Shown here: piece after piece, positions 29,936-43,744 of the stretch
How the letters are laid out: each line of letters starts with the position of its first letter
How positions within the stretch are numbered: the stretch's first letter is position 1
From: the human T2T-CHM13v2.0 reference genome, Homo sapiens
DNA: 64,000 bases
NCBI RefSeq assembly: GCF_009914755.1
Contig: NC_060928.1
Direction: 5' to 3' (one strand)
Program-made: the position numbers and the translations under genes
Notes under the pieces: generated by a model
What the model was told of the DNA's origin: nothing
Database searches by the model: none
The model's input: only the letters and a program-made list of their open reading frames with translations

Positions 29936-30159
29936 CTCTAGGACAATTCTAATTATTCCCAGAAATCTTACAGGGAGCCAGGCCCAAGCTCCCAGCACCG
30001 TGGATTCTGATAGCCAGTGTTGTTTTTTCCCTCATACTTTAACCTGATTTTCTCACCACACATTGCTTAAGACCCTTAGTCTAGGTTTTTATGAATGTTA
30101 ATAGTCTCAGCAGTGTATGACCACTAACATTATTTAAACTTAAATAATGTTAGTGGTCA

Positions 30160-30534
<375 letters not shown>

Positions 30535-30802
30535 TTAAGAAATATTAAATTTGTTCCCAATACTAACAAACAACAAATATAGGAACTTAGCTTAGTGGAC
30601 AGAGGATAGGACTGGGGATGAGGTTTTTAATCCTGTTCTGCCACTGACTAGTTGTGTGATCTTGAGCAAATCACAGTCCCGAGCTTCAGGCTTCCCTTTC
30701 AGTAAAATGAAGAGTTGGACTTATTTAGTCATGAAATTATTATTCTTGTGTCTAATCTCCTGTTGCAATAATTACCTCTTCACTTTTCTTTTCTTTCTAT
30801 TT

Positions 30803-30826
30803 ACACACACACACACACACACACAC
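30803..30826. repeat. (CA)n microsatellite
   Basis: Seen directly. Confidence 0.9.
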
Positions 30827-31582
30827 TCATTTCTACAAAATAGGTAATTTCCTCCGTCAAATTTATATTCCTTAGAATTAAACCAGTAGCAGTTTGTGAC
30901 AACAGTTATTAAGCCAACGGGCAAATCTATCCATACCCTCATCTAATCCTTTTTTCTAATTCCAAACTTGTTATTGCTCAACTTAATTGTATGAACTCAG
31001 CCAAGTTTTTTAATCTCTTTGGGCCTTAGTTTTCACTTGGCAAACTAAGGAAGCCAATTTCCAAATTTCCTTGCAATTCTGATATACTTTTCTTACTCAG
31101 AACCTCTTCAGGCCTAATCTTGTCCCCTTCTAAGCTAGTAATAATTGGTACCATGAAAATATAATGAACACACAAGACATCACCATTCATAAAATGGCAG
31201 TAGAAAAAAATGCATACTTTTCATAATTTCAAGAATAGTTACTGACAATGAACATGCAAAAAAGGGTAGCTATTTTATTATTTTTATCTTTGTAATATTT
31301 GTCTTCCTTTTTACTGTATTTTGTAGTCAAACTCAAAGAAACAAAGAGTGATAAATTAAATTTTATATAAACATATAAAGATGCTTCTCTTCAATTTCCT
31401 AAAGAACTGTCCCAAACCTGATTTCCTATACTATAAGAAACAGAAAGAGACACACACAAACACACACACACTCAAAAATAATTTTATTTTTCTCATCAAG
31501 GTTTACAAAAACGGCTGTTTATAATTTGGTTTAAAAAAATCTTTCTGCATCTTAGTAAGGCATTTTTAGTTTAAGAAAAGTC

Positions 31583-31951
<369 letters not shown>

Positions 31952-32285
31952 TTATGATGAAAAAACTTTACAATACTTCTGGCCTTAGGGTTTCTGTGTA
32001 ATTGCTATGAGCACCAAATGATATGCAGGTATATTCTGTGCTCAATGTGAGTAACCATCTGAACACTAGAGACAGACAATATTGACCTACCAGGTGCTTG
32101 TCTTTTCAGGGTTTACAGTAAGTAGTTGCCTCTAAATTCTTGGACTTGACATCCCAAGGACACTGCCATGCTGCTTACAAGTGGATCATTAGTGGGCGGG
32201 AATGAGGTCTCAGGTATTCACCTAATGAGTAGACAAAATTTCTTCCAATTGCCACTCTGTGTGAAGCAATTCAGGCTACCACTTT

Positions 32286-33704
32286 ATTTTTTTTTCTTCA
32301 ACTTTTATTTTAAGTTCTGGGGTACATGTTCAGGATGTGCAGGTTTGTTACACAGGTAAATATATGCCAGGGTGGTTTGCTGAACAGATCAACCCATGAC
32401 CCAGGTAGTAAGCCCAGCTTCCGTTAGCTGTTCTTCCTAATGCTCTCCCTCCCCCCGCCCCCACCCTGACAGGCTCCAGTGTGTATTGTTCCCCACCATA
32501 TGTCCATGTGTTCTCATCGTTCAGCTCCCACTTATAAGTGAGAATATGTGGTGTTTGGTTTTCTGTTCCTGTGTTAGTTAGCTGAGGATAACGGCTTCCA
32601 GTCTCATCCATGGCCCTGGAAAGAACATGATATCATTCCTTTTTATGGCTGCATAGTATTCCATGGTGTATATGTACCACGTTTTCTTTATCCAGTCTAT
32701 CACTGATGAACATTTGCATTGATTCCATGTCTTTGCCATTATGAATAGCGCTGCAATCAACATACACGTGCATGTACATTTATAATGGAATGACTTACAT
32801 TCTTTTGAGTATATACCCAGTAATGGGATTGCTGGTTCAAGTGGTATTTCTCCCTCTAGATCTTGCAGAAATCATCACGCTGTCTTCCACAATGGTTGAA
32901 CTAATTTACATTCCCACCAACAGTGTAAAAGTGTTCCTTTTTCTCCACAACCTCACGAGCATCTGTTGTTTCTTGACTTTTTAATAATTGCCATTCTGAC
33001 TAGTGTAAGATGGTATCTCGTTGTGGTTTTGATGGGCGTTTCTCTAATGATCCGTGATGTTGAGCTTTTTTTCATTTGTTTGTTGGCTGCATGAATGCCT
33101 TGTTTTGAGAAATGCCTGTTCATGTCCTTTGCCCACTTTTTAATGGAGTTGTTTGTTTTTTTCTTGTAAATTTGTTTAAGTTCCTTGTAGACTCTGGATA
33201 TTAGACCTTTGTCAGACGGATAGATGGCAAAAATTTTCTCCCATTCTGTAGGTTGTCTGTTTATTCTGTTGATTATTTATTTTGCTATACAGAAGCTCCT
33301 TAGTTTAATTAGATCCATTTGTCAATTTTTGTTTTCGTTGCAATTGCTTTTGGTGTTTTTATTGTGAAATCTTTGCCTGTGCTTATGTCCTGAATGGTAT
33401 TGCCAAGATCTTCTTCTAGGGTTTTTATAGTTTTGGGTTTTACTTCAAGTCTTTAATCCATCTTGAGTTCATTTTTGCATAAGGTGTAACAAAGGGATCC
33501 AGTTTGAATTTTCTGCATATGGCTAGCCAGTTCTCCCAGCACCATTTATTAAATATGGAATCCTTTCCCCATTGCTTGTTTTTGTCAGGTTTGTCGAAGA
33601 TCCGATAGTTGTAGTGTGCAGTCTTATTTCTGAATTCTCTATTCTGTTCCATTGGTCTATGTGTCAGTTCTTGTACCAGTACCACACTGTTTTGATTATT
33701 GTAT
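32286..33704 (-). mobile_element. 5'-truncated primate L1 (L1PA8-L1PA13 range), 1.4 kb
   Basis: Antisense 3'UTR and decayed ORF2 C-terminus ([34 protein letters not shown]); TSD aggctacca(c/t)ttt at 32273-32285 and 33705-33717. Confidence 0.92.
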
Positions 33705-35259
33705 AGGCTACCATTTTCACAAGCAACTTAGATGAGTGGTTTACTGAACAGTCAGAACTCATCAGATGCAGAGAGCTTTGTTTTTTCTCCAATTTTGGCC
33801 CCCACTGTGCTGTTAAATCTCCCTTTCTGATCTTAGAGAACCCCTCAAACCAGCTCCATAACTTTTTGGCCATTTTCGGTTATTTACAAAAATAGAAATC
33901 TTGGTCCAATTTAAAATTTCAATCTCTTCCCATCCACCACTCCTCCTCACCTTATAGCTGAAAGAATTGCAACAGGAGGAAAAGAGTCAAGTCGGCTCTG
34001 TCACCCTGCTTTTCTTTCTGGACTAGACATTGAGAGGAGAAATGTCTTTGCTTAGTGGATGAGTGATTATAATCCAGTGCCAGATGTCGATGCTTCCCCA
34101 GCTAACAGTCTGGCCAAAGATGTTCTCTGTATGGCAGGCATCCAAAGACTGCCTCTCTTTGGGTATATGAGTGAGTTCTGGGGAGGTGTGGGGCTTCCTC
34201 ACTACACAGTTCCCTGATGTGAAGACAAACAGCTATCATCACCAACTACTACCTTCCTCTTCTCCCTCCTCACTCCCTCCCCATACTCACACACTACATG
34301 CCCTGACCTTGGGAGTCACCAAACCTCTTTCTGCTGGACCCACATGCCCTGCAGGTAGCCAGCCCTCTTAGAGGGTCCACATGTCCTTCTCCCTACAGAC
34401 ACAGAGACTTGTCAGTAAGTCTTTGCCTGAGTAAATCATCCCTGTGGGAATGAGGTGCTAAGTGTCCCTTCCTTGCAGCTGTTCCCAGTGAAGTAGTGTG
34501 TCCTTATCTCTCCTCAAGGAGGTGAAGGGAAAACCACAACATTTTCCATTTTGACAACCTATACCCTGACTATTTTCTCTATTGTCTTTATACCTCCTCT
34601 ATCCATAACCCTTTTTCTTTCTGCTTCTTCCATTCTTTTTATTTGAGTTGGGGTGAGAATAGTGGTTGAAATGACAGTGTCTGCTACCCCTAAGTACACT
34701 CAGGAAAAGATGTGTCATCACACATGTTTGTAGTTCTCTCCAGAATGTAAAATACTTAGTTCCTCTTTTGTTCCAGTTTTGGGGACAAAACATGAGTTTC
34801 ACTGTCACATCACCAAGTAATTTGGCATATCCTAGCCTCAAGGACTCAGAAGAGCAATACATCTGTATACCTATAATATGTCATCTTTATATGTGAGACC
34901 CAGACTGGGGTTCAAGATCCAGCTCTGCTTCTTAATGTGTTGTGTGGTCTTAAAGAAAACCCTTGATTAGGGTTCCATTTGTCATCTCTAGAATAAGGAC
35001 AATACCAACTTTGTGGAGTCTTGAGCTGTGATTTGTAAATGCACATTAAATTTGTAAATTTAATGTTATCATCAGACTCACAAACAGCATTGTGGCAACT
35101 ATGTGGGAAGGTAAGGCCTGGGCTCTGACGTCAAGAATTTCACAATCTAATATAGACACAGATACATAAAATTTGGTAAGTGCAAAGAAAGATACATATA
35201 GAGTGCGTATCAGCTCAGGATGAACAAGGGGAGCTGTGAGGTAAGGTGTCAAGGAAGGT

Positions 35260-36000
35260 CTCTGTTTTTATTGCCTCTGAGTCATTCTGCATGTGAGAAG
35301 AGTATTTCTGCCCTAAGGTATTGGGATGGTTGAACAACCTGACAGTGGACAGAGAAATCAGCAGTTTATTAATCACAAATACTCACAGCTCAGTGTCGGG
35401 AGTGAGGGAAAGACACCATACACCATGCAAAGCCCTTGAGAATTGCACCCAGAAAATGAGTGAACAATCAGAAGCTTTGTAATATCAAGAGGATGTAAGA
35501 CTCTCTGGTTCCCGCAAGGTATATGTGATTGAATTGTTTACATAATTCTGCAGGCCAGCCTGGGCAACATGGTGAAACCTGGTCTCTACAAATAATAAAA
35601 GAAAATTAGCTGGGCATGGTGGTGTGCACCTGTGGTCCCACCTACTCAGGACGCTGGGGTGCAACAATCACTTAAGCACAGGTAGTTGAGGCTGCAGTGA
35701 GTCGTGATCGTAACACTGCACTCCAGCCTGGGCAACAGAGAGAGACCCTGCCTCAGAAAACTAAAAAATAACAAATAAATAATTCTGCAAGCTGACAGGA
35801 AACTGAAACCCACTACTCAGGGATAAGGGAAAACTGTTCTTGGGCCCATGATGAACAGAATTATTTGTTTAGGAGACCTTATCCAAAGGAGTAGAGTAGC
35901 GAGGGGAACTTGCAGTTGGACCATTTGAAGCCCTCCTGATTTCACCATATGTCAAGACAGCACATAGTATTGAGCCTGAATTTTAGCCCTTGAGTCATAG
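35260..36000 (-). mobile_element. ERVL LTR, MER54/MER73/74-like, interrupted by an Alu
   Basis: Antisense of ...taaaattcaggctcaatactatgtgctgtcttgacatatggtgaaatcaggagggc...; family recalled, ends approximate. Confidence 0.55.
35553..35778 (+). mobile_element. 5'-truncated AluJ
   Basis: AluJ diagnostics (gaggctgcagtgag, agaccctg); TSD ataattctgca at 35542-35552 and 35779-35789. Confidence 0.88.
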
Positions 36001-36792
36001 CCTCCTGCAGCAAACATCATCTGAACTCCTAAATAACACTGACTAAGAGTAATAAAAGTGATTGGCACAGGATTGGTGTCATGGCATTCCAGTTGGAGTA
36101 AATAGCACTGCTGAAGGCAAGTTTTTTTTTCCCCACAGAGTGTATGCAAGATCTGTACACATTTAATGTGTTGAAACATAAATTGTTAAGTAAACCATGG
36201 TAGGAAAAGAAGCCAAAGGGATGGATAGACAGAGGGTGATCATAAAGGGCCTTGCAGTCCAGGAAAAGAGCTTAGACACTATTCTGATATCCAATACTAA
36301 GAAGCATTCTTCCAAAAATGGTTAAGGATCCAAAAAATTGGGGAAAGAAAAATTTAAAGCAAGTCATACTAATTTTTACCACATGGATATTTTAATATTT
36401 TAGCGATGTGCATTTATAGACCTCCACAATGGTGTGCATTATTGCATAATCCTCTTGAACCTAGGGGCATTATTAGTCTTTTAGGGATTTCTTTTTCCAG
36501 AATATCAATGAACTGTTCCAGAGAACAAAGTTTAAAAATTACTGTTATAGGTAAAGAAGGATCATTAAAAGATTTCAAGCTGGGAGTGACATTGTCATAT
36601 TTGTATTTTAAATTAAACACTCTAATAGATGTGAAGAAGACAGATTTGAAAGAACCAAAATTTGAGTAGTTAGCGAATCCAGTTACGAAGTTGTGGAAGC
36701 AATCCAGGAAAACAATCATGAATAAAAATGAAGTAATAGAGACAGAAAACAGGGAAATTTGAAAGATGTTTTTATGTGTTAGATGAGGTCAG

Positions 36793-37190
36793 TGTTATCA
36801 GTGGGAGAGCTAGGTCATGCTGCAGTCACAAACACATACCCTAACTTTAATGACTTACCCCAATAAAAGCTCCAGTCCTGTTTACACTAAATGTCTATCA
36901 TTTGTTGGTGGGGAGATGCGTTCTGCTCCACAGAATCACTCAACGATCCAGATGATGGAGATTCTATCATCTTATAGCAGCACCATCTGGCAAATTGAGC
37001 TTCTTGAGTCATTACAAGGGAAAAGAGCATGGAGATTCAGATCCTGGCTTTGGTCTGAAATAACACTTGTTACTTTTGGTTACAGCCTACTGACCAGAAT
37101 GAGTCACATAACCTGCCTAATTGCAAAGGGTCTCCCATTATCCTCTATGTGTCTAGGAAGGGGAGGAAAAGCAAATATTGATAATATTTC
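36793..37190 (-). mobile_element. Old MaLR LTR (MLT1I/L-like) within L2
   Basis: ctaggtcatgctgcagtcacaaac...ttctgctccacagaatcactca...ccagaatgagtcacataacc. Confidence 0.55.
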
Positions 37191-37709
37191 GGCAGTATGT
37201 GCAGAAGAAAGAATCAAGGATAACTCCCAAAGGTGACTGGGCGGATGATAGATCCATGAGCTGGGAGCAGGAGGGTACCAGAAGAGGCACAGAATGTTTG
37301 GAGGAGAAGATGATGACTTCCATTCTGAACATTTGTATTTTTTATGTGCCAAAGGAATTTTCATTTGAACATGTTAAGTTTGAATCTCAAAGCAGAAATT
37401 CTGTCCTGGAACCAAAACTTAGGAATCATCCTCAGTCATTAAACCAAGAGTGGAAATACTATCCAAGAAGACTAAAATGTTCCCAAAGGAACATTGGAGT
37501 TTTGGGTTTGATTGAAAACCCCAAGAAGAGGACAGGAGACTGTCAGAGAAAGATAAGGATAGAACCCAGAAATTTTATTTCAAAAACAGTGAAAGGAGGT
37601 GAGCCTTTCTGAGAGAATATGATCAGCAACAACAAACACAAATAAGAGATCCTGTGAGATAAAGGCCAAAAAGGGCCCAGAGGATCTGGCGGTTAAGAAG
37701 CCATAGATG

Positions 37710-38027
<318 letters not shown>

Positions 38028-38507
38028 TCAGCAGGAAGAAGTTCTTGGGAGGAGTAGAGGCACAAGCTAGGCTGACAGGATTTGAGCAGTGAAAGGAAAT
38101 GGAAGGAAATGGAAGAGGCAGTGACAGTAATGTTCTACTTCCAGCCTTCTTCCTCAACCCCAGTGAGTCATGTATTTATTCAACCAATATTTATTAATAG
38201 TAAGGATTTATTAGAATACAAACAAGACAGATGAGCTTTGCAATCTTGAGATTTTGCTCTTAAGTAGATGAATGTTTCTTTTCTCCTCAGTCTTCCTATA
38301 ACATTTTGTATAGCCCTTTATTTTAATACTTTTCACATCACATTGTATTTATTTATCCATCTCCCTCTAGCAATGAATTCTTTCAGGATAAAAAAAAGGG
38401 TAGAGAGTTCATTGATTTGTTTATAACAAAAGTTCATTACAGTGCTTGAACATAGTAGATACGCAGTGAATGTGTTTGGAGTTGTGCGTTTTTTTGTTTT
38501 GTTTTGA

Positions 38508-38612
<105 letters not shown>

Positions 38613-38626
38613 TGAGTAGCTGGGAT

Positions 38627-39963
38627 TGTGTCCGGAATTGGTGGGTTCTTGGTCTCACTGACTTCAAGAATGAAGCCGTGGACCCTCGCCGTGAGTGTTA
38701 CAGTTCTTAAAGGCGTCGTGTCCGGAGTTTGTTCCTTATGTTCGGAAGTGTTCGAAGTTTCTTCCTTCTGGTGGGGTTCGTGGTCTCGGTGGCTCAGGAG
38801 TGAAGCTGCAGACCTTGGATGTGAGTGTTACAGCTCATAAATCCAATGTGGACCCAAAGAATGAGCAGCAGCAAGATTTATTGCAAAGAGCAAAAGAACA
38901 AAGCTTCCATAGTCTGGAAGGGGACCCAAGCGGGTTGCCACTGTTGGCTCAGGCAGCCTGCTTTTATTCTCTTATCTGGCCCCACCCACATCCTGCTGAT
39001 TGGTAGAGCCTAGTGGTCTGTTTTGACAGGGCGCTGATTGGTGCCTTTACAATCCCTGAGCTAGACACAAAGTTCTCCAAGTCCCCACCAGATTAGCTAG
39101 ATACAGAGTGTCTACACAAAGGTTCTCCAAGTCCCCACCAGAGTAGCTAGATACAGAGTGTCCATTGGTGCATTCACAAACCCTGAGGTAGACACAGGGT
39201 GCTGATTGGTATGTTTACAAACCTTGAGCTAGATACAGAGTGCCGATTGGTGTATTTACAATCCCTGAGCTAGACATAAAGGTTCTCCACGTCCCCACCA
39301 GACTCAGGAGCCCAGCTGGCTTCATCCAGTGGATCTCGCACTGGGGCTGCAGGTGGAGCTGCCTGCCAGTCCGGCACCGTGCGCCCACGCTCCTCAGCCC
39401 TTGGGTGGTCGATGGGACTGGGCGCCGTAGAGCAGGGGGTGGCGCTTGTCAGGGAGGCTTGGGCTGCACAGGAGCCCACAGAGGCGGGGAGTCGTGGGGA
39501 GGCTCAGGCATGGCGGGCTGCAGGTCCCGAACCCTGCCCCGCGGGAAGGCAGCTAAGGCCTGGCGAGAAATCGAGCGCAGCGCCAGTGGGCCAGCACTGA
39601 TGGGGGGACCCAGCACACCCTCCGCAGCCGCTGGCCTAGGTGCTAAGCCCCTCATTGCCTGGCGCGCCGGCAGGGCCGGCCGGCCGCTCCAAGTGCGGGG
39701 CTTGCCAAGCCCACACCCACCCGGAACTCGTGCTGGCCCGCAAGCACCGCGCGCAGCCCGGGTTCCCGCCCACACCTCTCCCTCCACACCTCCCTGCAAG
39801 CTGAGAGAGCCGGCTCCAGCCTCAGCCAGCCCAGGAAGGGGCTCCCACAGTGCAGCGGTGGGCTGAAGGGCTCCTCAAGTGCTGCCAAAGTGGGAGCCCA
39901 GGCAGAGGAGGCGCCGAGAGCCAGCGAGGGCTGTGAGGACTGCCGGCATGCTGTCACCTCTCA
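38627..39963 (-). mobile_element. LTR12C (ERV9) solo LTR, 1337 bp
   Basis: Termini tgtgtccggaattggtgggttcttggtctcactgacttcaagaatgaagccg ... gctgtcacctctca; 4-bp TSD ggat/ggac; tandem enhancer repeats and a CpG-rich U3. Confidence 0.95.
38960..39255 (-). promoter_or_regulatory. LTR12 promoter/enhancer: five CCAAT (NF-Y) boxes, GATA site and AATAAA TATA-equivalent
   Basis: ATTGG at 38999, 39037, 39164, 39205 and 39246; TTATCT at 38972; TTTATT at 38963-38968; matches known ERV9 LTR architecture. Confidence 0.7.
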
Positions 39964-40589
39964 GGACTACAGGCATGCACCACCACGCCCAGCTAATTTT
40001 TTGTATTTTCAGTAGAGACGGGGTTTCACCATGTTGGCCAGGCTGGTCTCAAACTCCTGACCTCAGGTGATCCACCCACCTCAGCTCCCCAAAGTGCTAG
40101 GATTACAGGCGTGAGCCACTGCTCCCGGCCGGAGTTTTTTTTTTAATTAAATTATTTAATCTTCACAGCTCTGTGAAGGAAATATAATTGATTTAATTTC
40201 ACAGAGGAGGTAGCTGAGGCTCAGGGGTTAGAAATGGCAAGTGGTAGAGCTGAGACCAGAATCCAATTTCTGATTCAACGTCTTTTTCTCTCCGTCACAC
40301 CAGAACTGCTTTTTCTGGCGTGATAGATTCAAAATGACTTATGTGTTGCTTTTCAAATCCCTCATTATATTCAAGATAACAGATTAACAATGCAATGTGA
40401 GATGTGGATAGGTCAATAGATCAAAACTATTCTGCCAATTCCCATAGTGCCTGAATTCATAATCTTGACTGAGCTGAGCCTAATACTGAACATACTATAG
40501 TACATAGTATATTACTAAGTATACTATACTATACTGTACTATACTCTACTATACAACTATGCTATACTATAGCTGAACATACTATACCA

Positions 40590-40956
40590 CAGATGGTCCC
40601 TGATTGGTGATAGTTTGACGTATACAATTTTTCAACTTTACAGTAGTGCAAAAGGGATACTCATCTAGTAGAAACCATACTTTGAGTACCAATACAGCCA
40701 TTCAGTTTTTCATTTTCAGTTCAGTATTCAGTAAATTACCTAGGATATTCAACACTTCATTATAAAATAGGCTTTTTGTTAAATGAGTTGGCCTAACTGT
40801 GAACTAATGTAAGGTTTTTGAACACATTTAAAGTAGGCTAAACTAAGCTATGCTGTTTGGTAGGTTAGGTGTATTAAGTGCATTTTTTACTATGATATTT
40901 TCAATTTATGATTGGTTTATTGGGACACAAACTCATTATAAATTGAAAACCATCTG
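40590..40956 (-). mobile_element. MER47A Tigger-family MITE, full length
   Basis: TIRs cagatggtccc... / ...accatctg, 367 bp, internal tcattataaaataggcttt and ggtaggttaggtgtattaa. Confidence 0.85.
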
Positions 40957-40991
40957 TGTACTATACTATAGCTAAACATGCTGTACTGTAG

Positions 40992-41072
40992 TATGTTTAA
41001 CCATATGAGGTTGTTCTTTTACATCCAGGAAGGGTCAAATATATCAGCACTTTCATATGATTCAACCTAATA
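40992..41072. mobile_element. MADE2 (mariner HSMAR2 MITE)
   Basis: ~80-bp inverted-repeat element ...tttaaccatatgag...tttcatatgattcaacctaata. Confidence 0.7.
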
Positions 41073-41169
41073 TGGTATAGGGTAATTTTTTTCTATAGTC
41101 TGAAACTAAAAGTATGAATTAGTAATATGAAATAATTAGTATGAAACTAGGCAGTGGAGTGAAGAAGAA

Positions 41170-41370
41170 AGATTTTGGAAACAGACTAATACTGCCCTAA
41201 CAAGGCTTGTGACCATGTCATTTAAAATTCCTAAGCCTCAGTTCCCTAATCACTAGAATGGAGATAATAATTTCTTCCCTAATGTTTGCTGTAAGGTTTG
41301 AATGATATGGTCATGTACGTAAAAGGCCCAGTTCTATACCTGACCCATTAAAGACACTAAATCAATGGCA
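41170..41370 (+). mobile_element. MIR SINE
   Basis: ctaagcctcagttccctaatcactagaatggagataataat. Confidence 0.6.
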
Positions 41371-43543
41371 ACTATAATTATGATCACAAGGGAACATGGA
41401 TGCTTTTGATATAGGGTGTTATTTAATCACTAGTATTTATTTCCAGGTTTTATTCCGGAGCAGAATTATAATTTGTTGTATATATTCTTAATATAATAAT
41501 TTCTCTGGAATTGCTTGTTATAATGCATATTACTTGCCTCAGAATTAAAGGTTTATTTTATGGAGCATATAACCAAGTATCAACAAACAGTTGCCTGCCA
41601 AGTAATAACTTTAGTAAAAGATAATCTTCGACAGGGAAGAAGTAGACACACAGCGGACTTTCAGTGATAAATATTTATATGAAATTTATCAAAGAATTCC
41701 CAGGAGCACTGACTGCTCTAAGCTGTAGAAAAGAAACTTAGCCAACGTCTTCCTTTTGAAATGAAAATCAGTAGCCAGAAGTGGCTAGTCCAAAAGCAAT
41801 CTAGATAAGGGATAAGCCCCATCTTCATGCTCAGAGTCCTTTAATTAGCACTATGGGATGTGGGTGATAAAGAATTTTTCTAGTACAATTTTATTAAAAA
41901 ATCCATGTTTTACTAACATGAACTTCTGGAAATTGATCATCCGTCTATTCAACTGAAAAGATAAAAATGGAAATTCTTTGAAGAAAAAGAGTACTTCAGC
42001 ATCCTCTTAAAACCCTAGATATATTGTTTCATGGGAATTTAACTGTACATCTCCTTGATAGAATTCTATTATGGTTTTTGCTTATATAGGCACACTAGTT
42101 ATTCAATGAAGATTGGGAATGAGGCACTGGACTTCATAATCTCTGTACTTTTTTCTATAGATAAAGATAAAATGGGTAAGAATTTCAAAGTCTACAAACT
42201 AAGATATATGAAAATTCATTCTTTGGTTTTTATGATTTTATTTTAGACTCTATGGTTCAGTCTGATAATGGCCATATACTTCCTCGATTCAGCAATTTTT
42301 CAGACACTTCAGATTGTAAATACAGTAACACCAGGATGGTTTATGTTTCCTCCTGTTCTTTCCCATGGCATTGATAGAGGGCTCAGATAGCACAGGGGTA
42401 ATTGCCACCAGGAGAGCAGGGAAATGTGCCCTAGTCCTTGTGCACTGTCTCCCCGTTGTGCCACACCTACCCCTGAAGTCTATTGTAAGCTCTGGAGGTG
42501 ACTACAGAAGCCTCACCCTTGGGAGCTAAGGAAGAGAGTTTCTACCTATCATGCTGAGTCTCCTGAGTCCTGGGCCAGCCTCTAACTTCAGCTGTAACTT
42601 CTGTCTGGGGCTCACCACAAGCAGGATCAGGTCCTCACTCCACTGGTGACTGGGCATTTTGTGGGTGTCAACTCAGCTCCCACTCAACTCTCTGCACCAG
42701 TGATGTGCTCAAGACTTAACTGGTCTTTGTCTGATCCCTGGCAGGAACCATCCATGCTGCATCTTCCAATGGGATGACTCTGAGATCTCTTTCAGGAACA
42801 CTGGTTCTCTCCCCGTGCGTGTTCATAATCAGGATTCCTCGGAAAGCCTCCCTTAGTTTAATAAACTCAGACAAAATTATCTCTTACACTCCACAGGCTT
42901 AACAGAGCATCCTGTCCATTCTCCCAAACAGTGGAATGAACAGCCTTCCCTACAAGGCTTGCTTCTACTCATGTCTCAGAACTTGGAAGAGGCTGTCTAA
43001 CCTCATATTCCTACCCTAGAACCCAGCTTGAAGGGTCAGAGACAGACACAGGCCTTCCTAAATTCACATCTGACTTTTTCTTTCCTGCCTATTTCTCTTT
43101 CCCCCCTTCCCTGCCCTGAAGTGCCTTTAACTAGTGTATGTGCTGGGGAACTTATGGGTGAAGAGAATTATTTAGGAAGTTTGTATGTGTAAACATGCTT
43201 CTATCTTACTTTCTCGCCAACAGTTTCTAAACCAAAGAGCAAAGAATTTGCAAAAAATTACAAAGATTGTCAGATGCGAATTTCCCCTGTATCCTCCCCC
43301 CTCCAAGTAGTGTGTGACCACATTTTTATTGTCTAGGCTGGGGGTAGGGATAAGGTGCTTGGATTATAGTGAAGAAATTCTATTGTGACTGAATTACAAA
43401 ACGATTTTGCATCTTCCCTTCTTAAATCTTCTATCCTAATAGAATAGAATCTAGGTATAATTATGCACCACATGTTACATCACCAAAACAAATGGTTTTA
43501 ACATGAGCCATTCTACCAAACACAGCATCTCATAGCTATAGGC

Positions 43544-43744
43544 CAGGGTTTTTCAACATCAGCAATATTGACATGTTGGGTGGAATAATTCTTTTTTCTA
43601 GGCCACTGTACTGTTCTTTGTGGGAAGTTTAGCAGCATCCCAGGCCTCTACCTACTAAGTACCAGTAGCACTCCTTTCACAACCAAAAATAGACATTGCC
43701 AAATGTCTCTGGCAGGGGAAATCACCTGAGGTTGAGAATCACTG
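43544..43744 (-). mobile_element. MER20 hAT-Charlie MITE
   Basis: cagggtttttcaac...tttagcagcatcccaggcctctacc...agacattgccaaatgtc...gttgagaatcactg. Confidence 0.85.

Noticed and set aside
32110-32117. 8-nt micro-exon-like ttttcag|GGTTTACA|gtaagt
   Set aside because: Too short, frame-shifting and unsupported
39010-39300. Regularly spaced ~40-bp repeats that look superficially CRISPR-like
   Set aside because: These are the known tandem enhancer repeats of ERV9/LTR12; there are no unique spacers or cas genes, and the context is eukaryotic
39240-39957. Several overlapping 70-208 aa ORFs and CpG-island-like composition
   Set aside because: Entirely inside the GC-rich LTR12C U3, where stop codons are rare by composition; not a gene CpG island
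42316-43322. Possible ancient Gypsy-type/ERVL LTR (TG...CA bounded, slightly GC-richer)
   Set aside because: Could not assign a family or TSD by eye; needs a Dfam search
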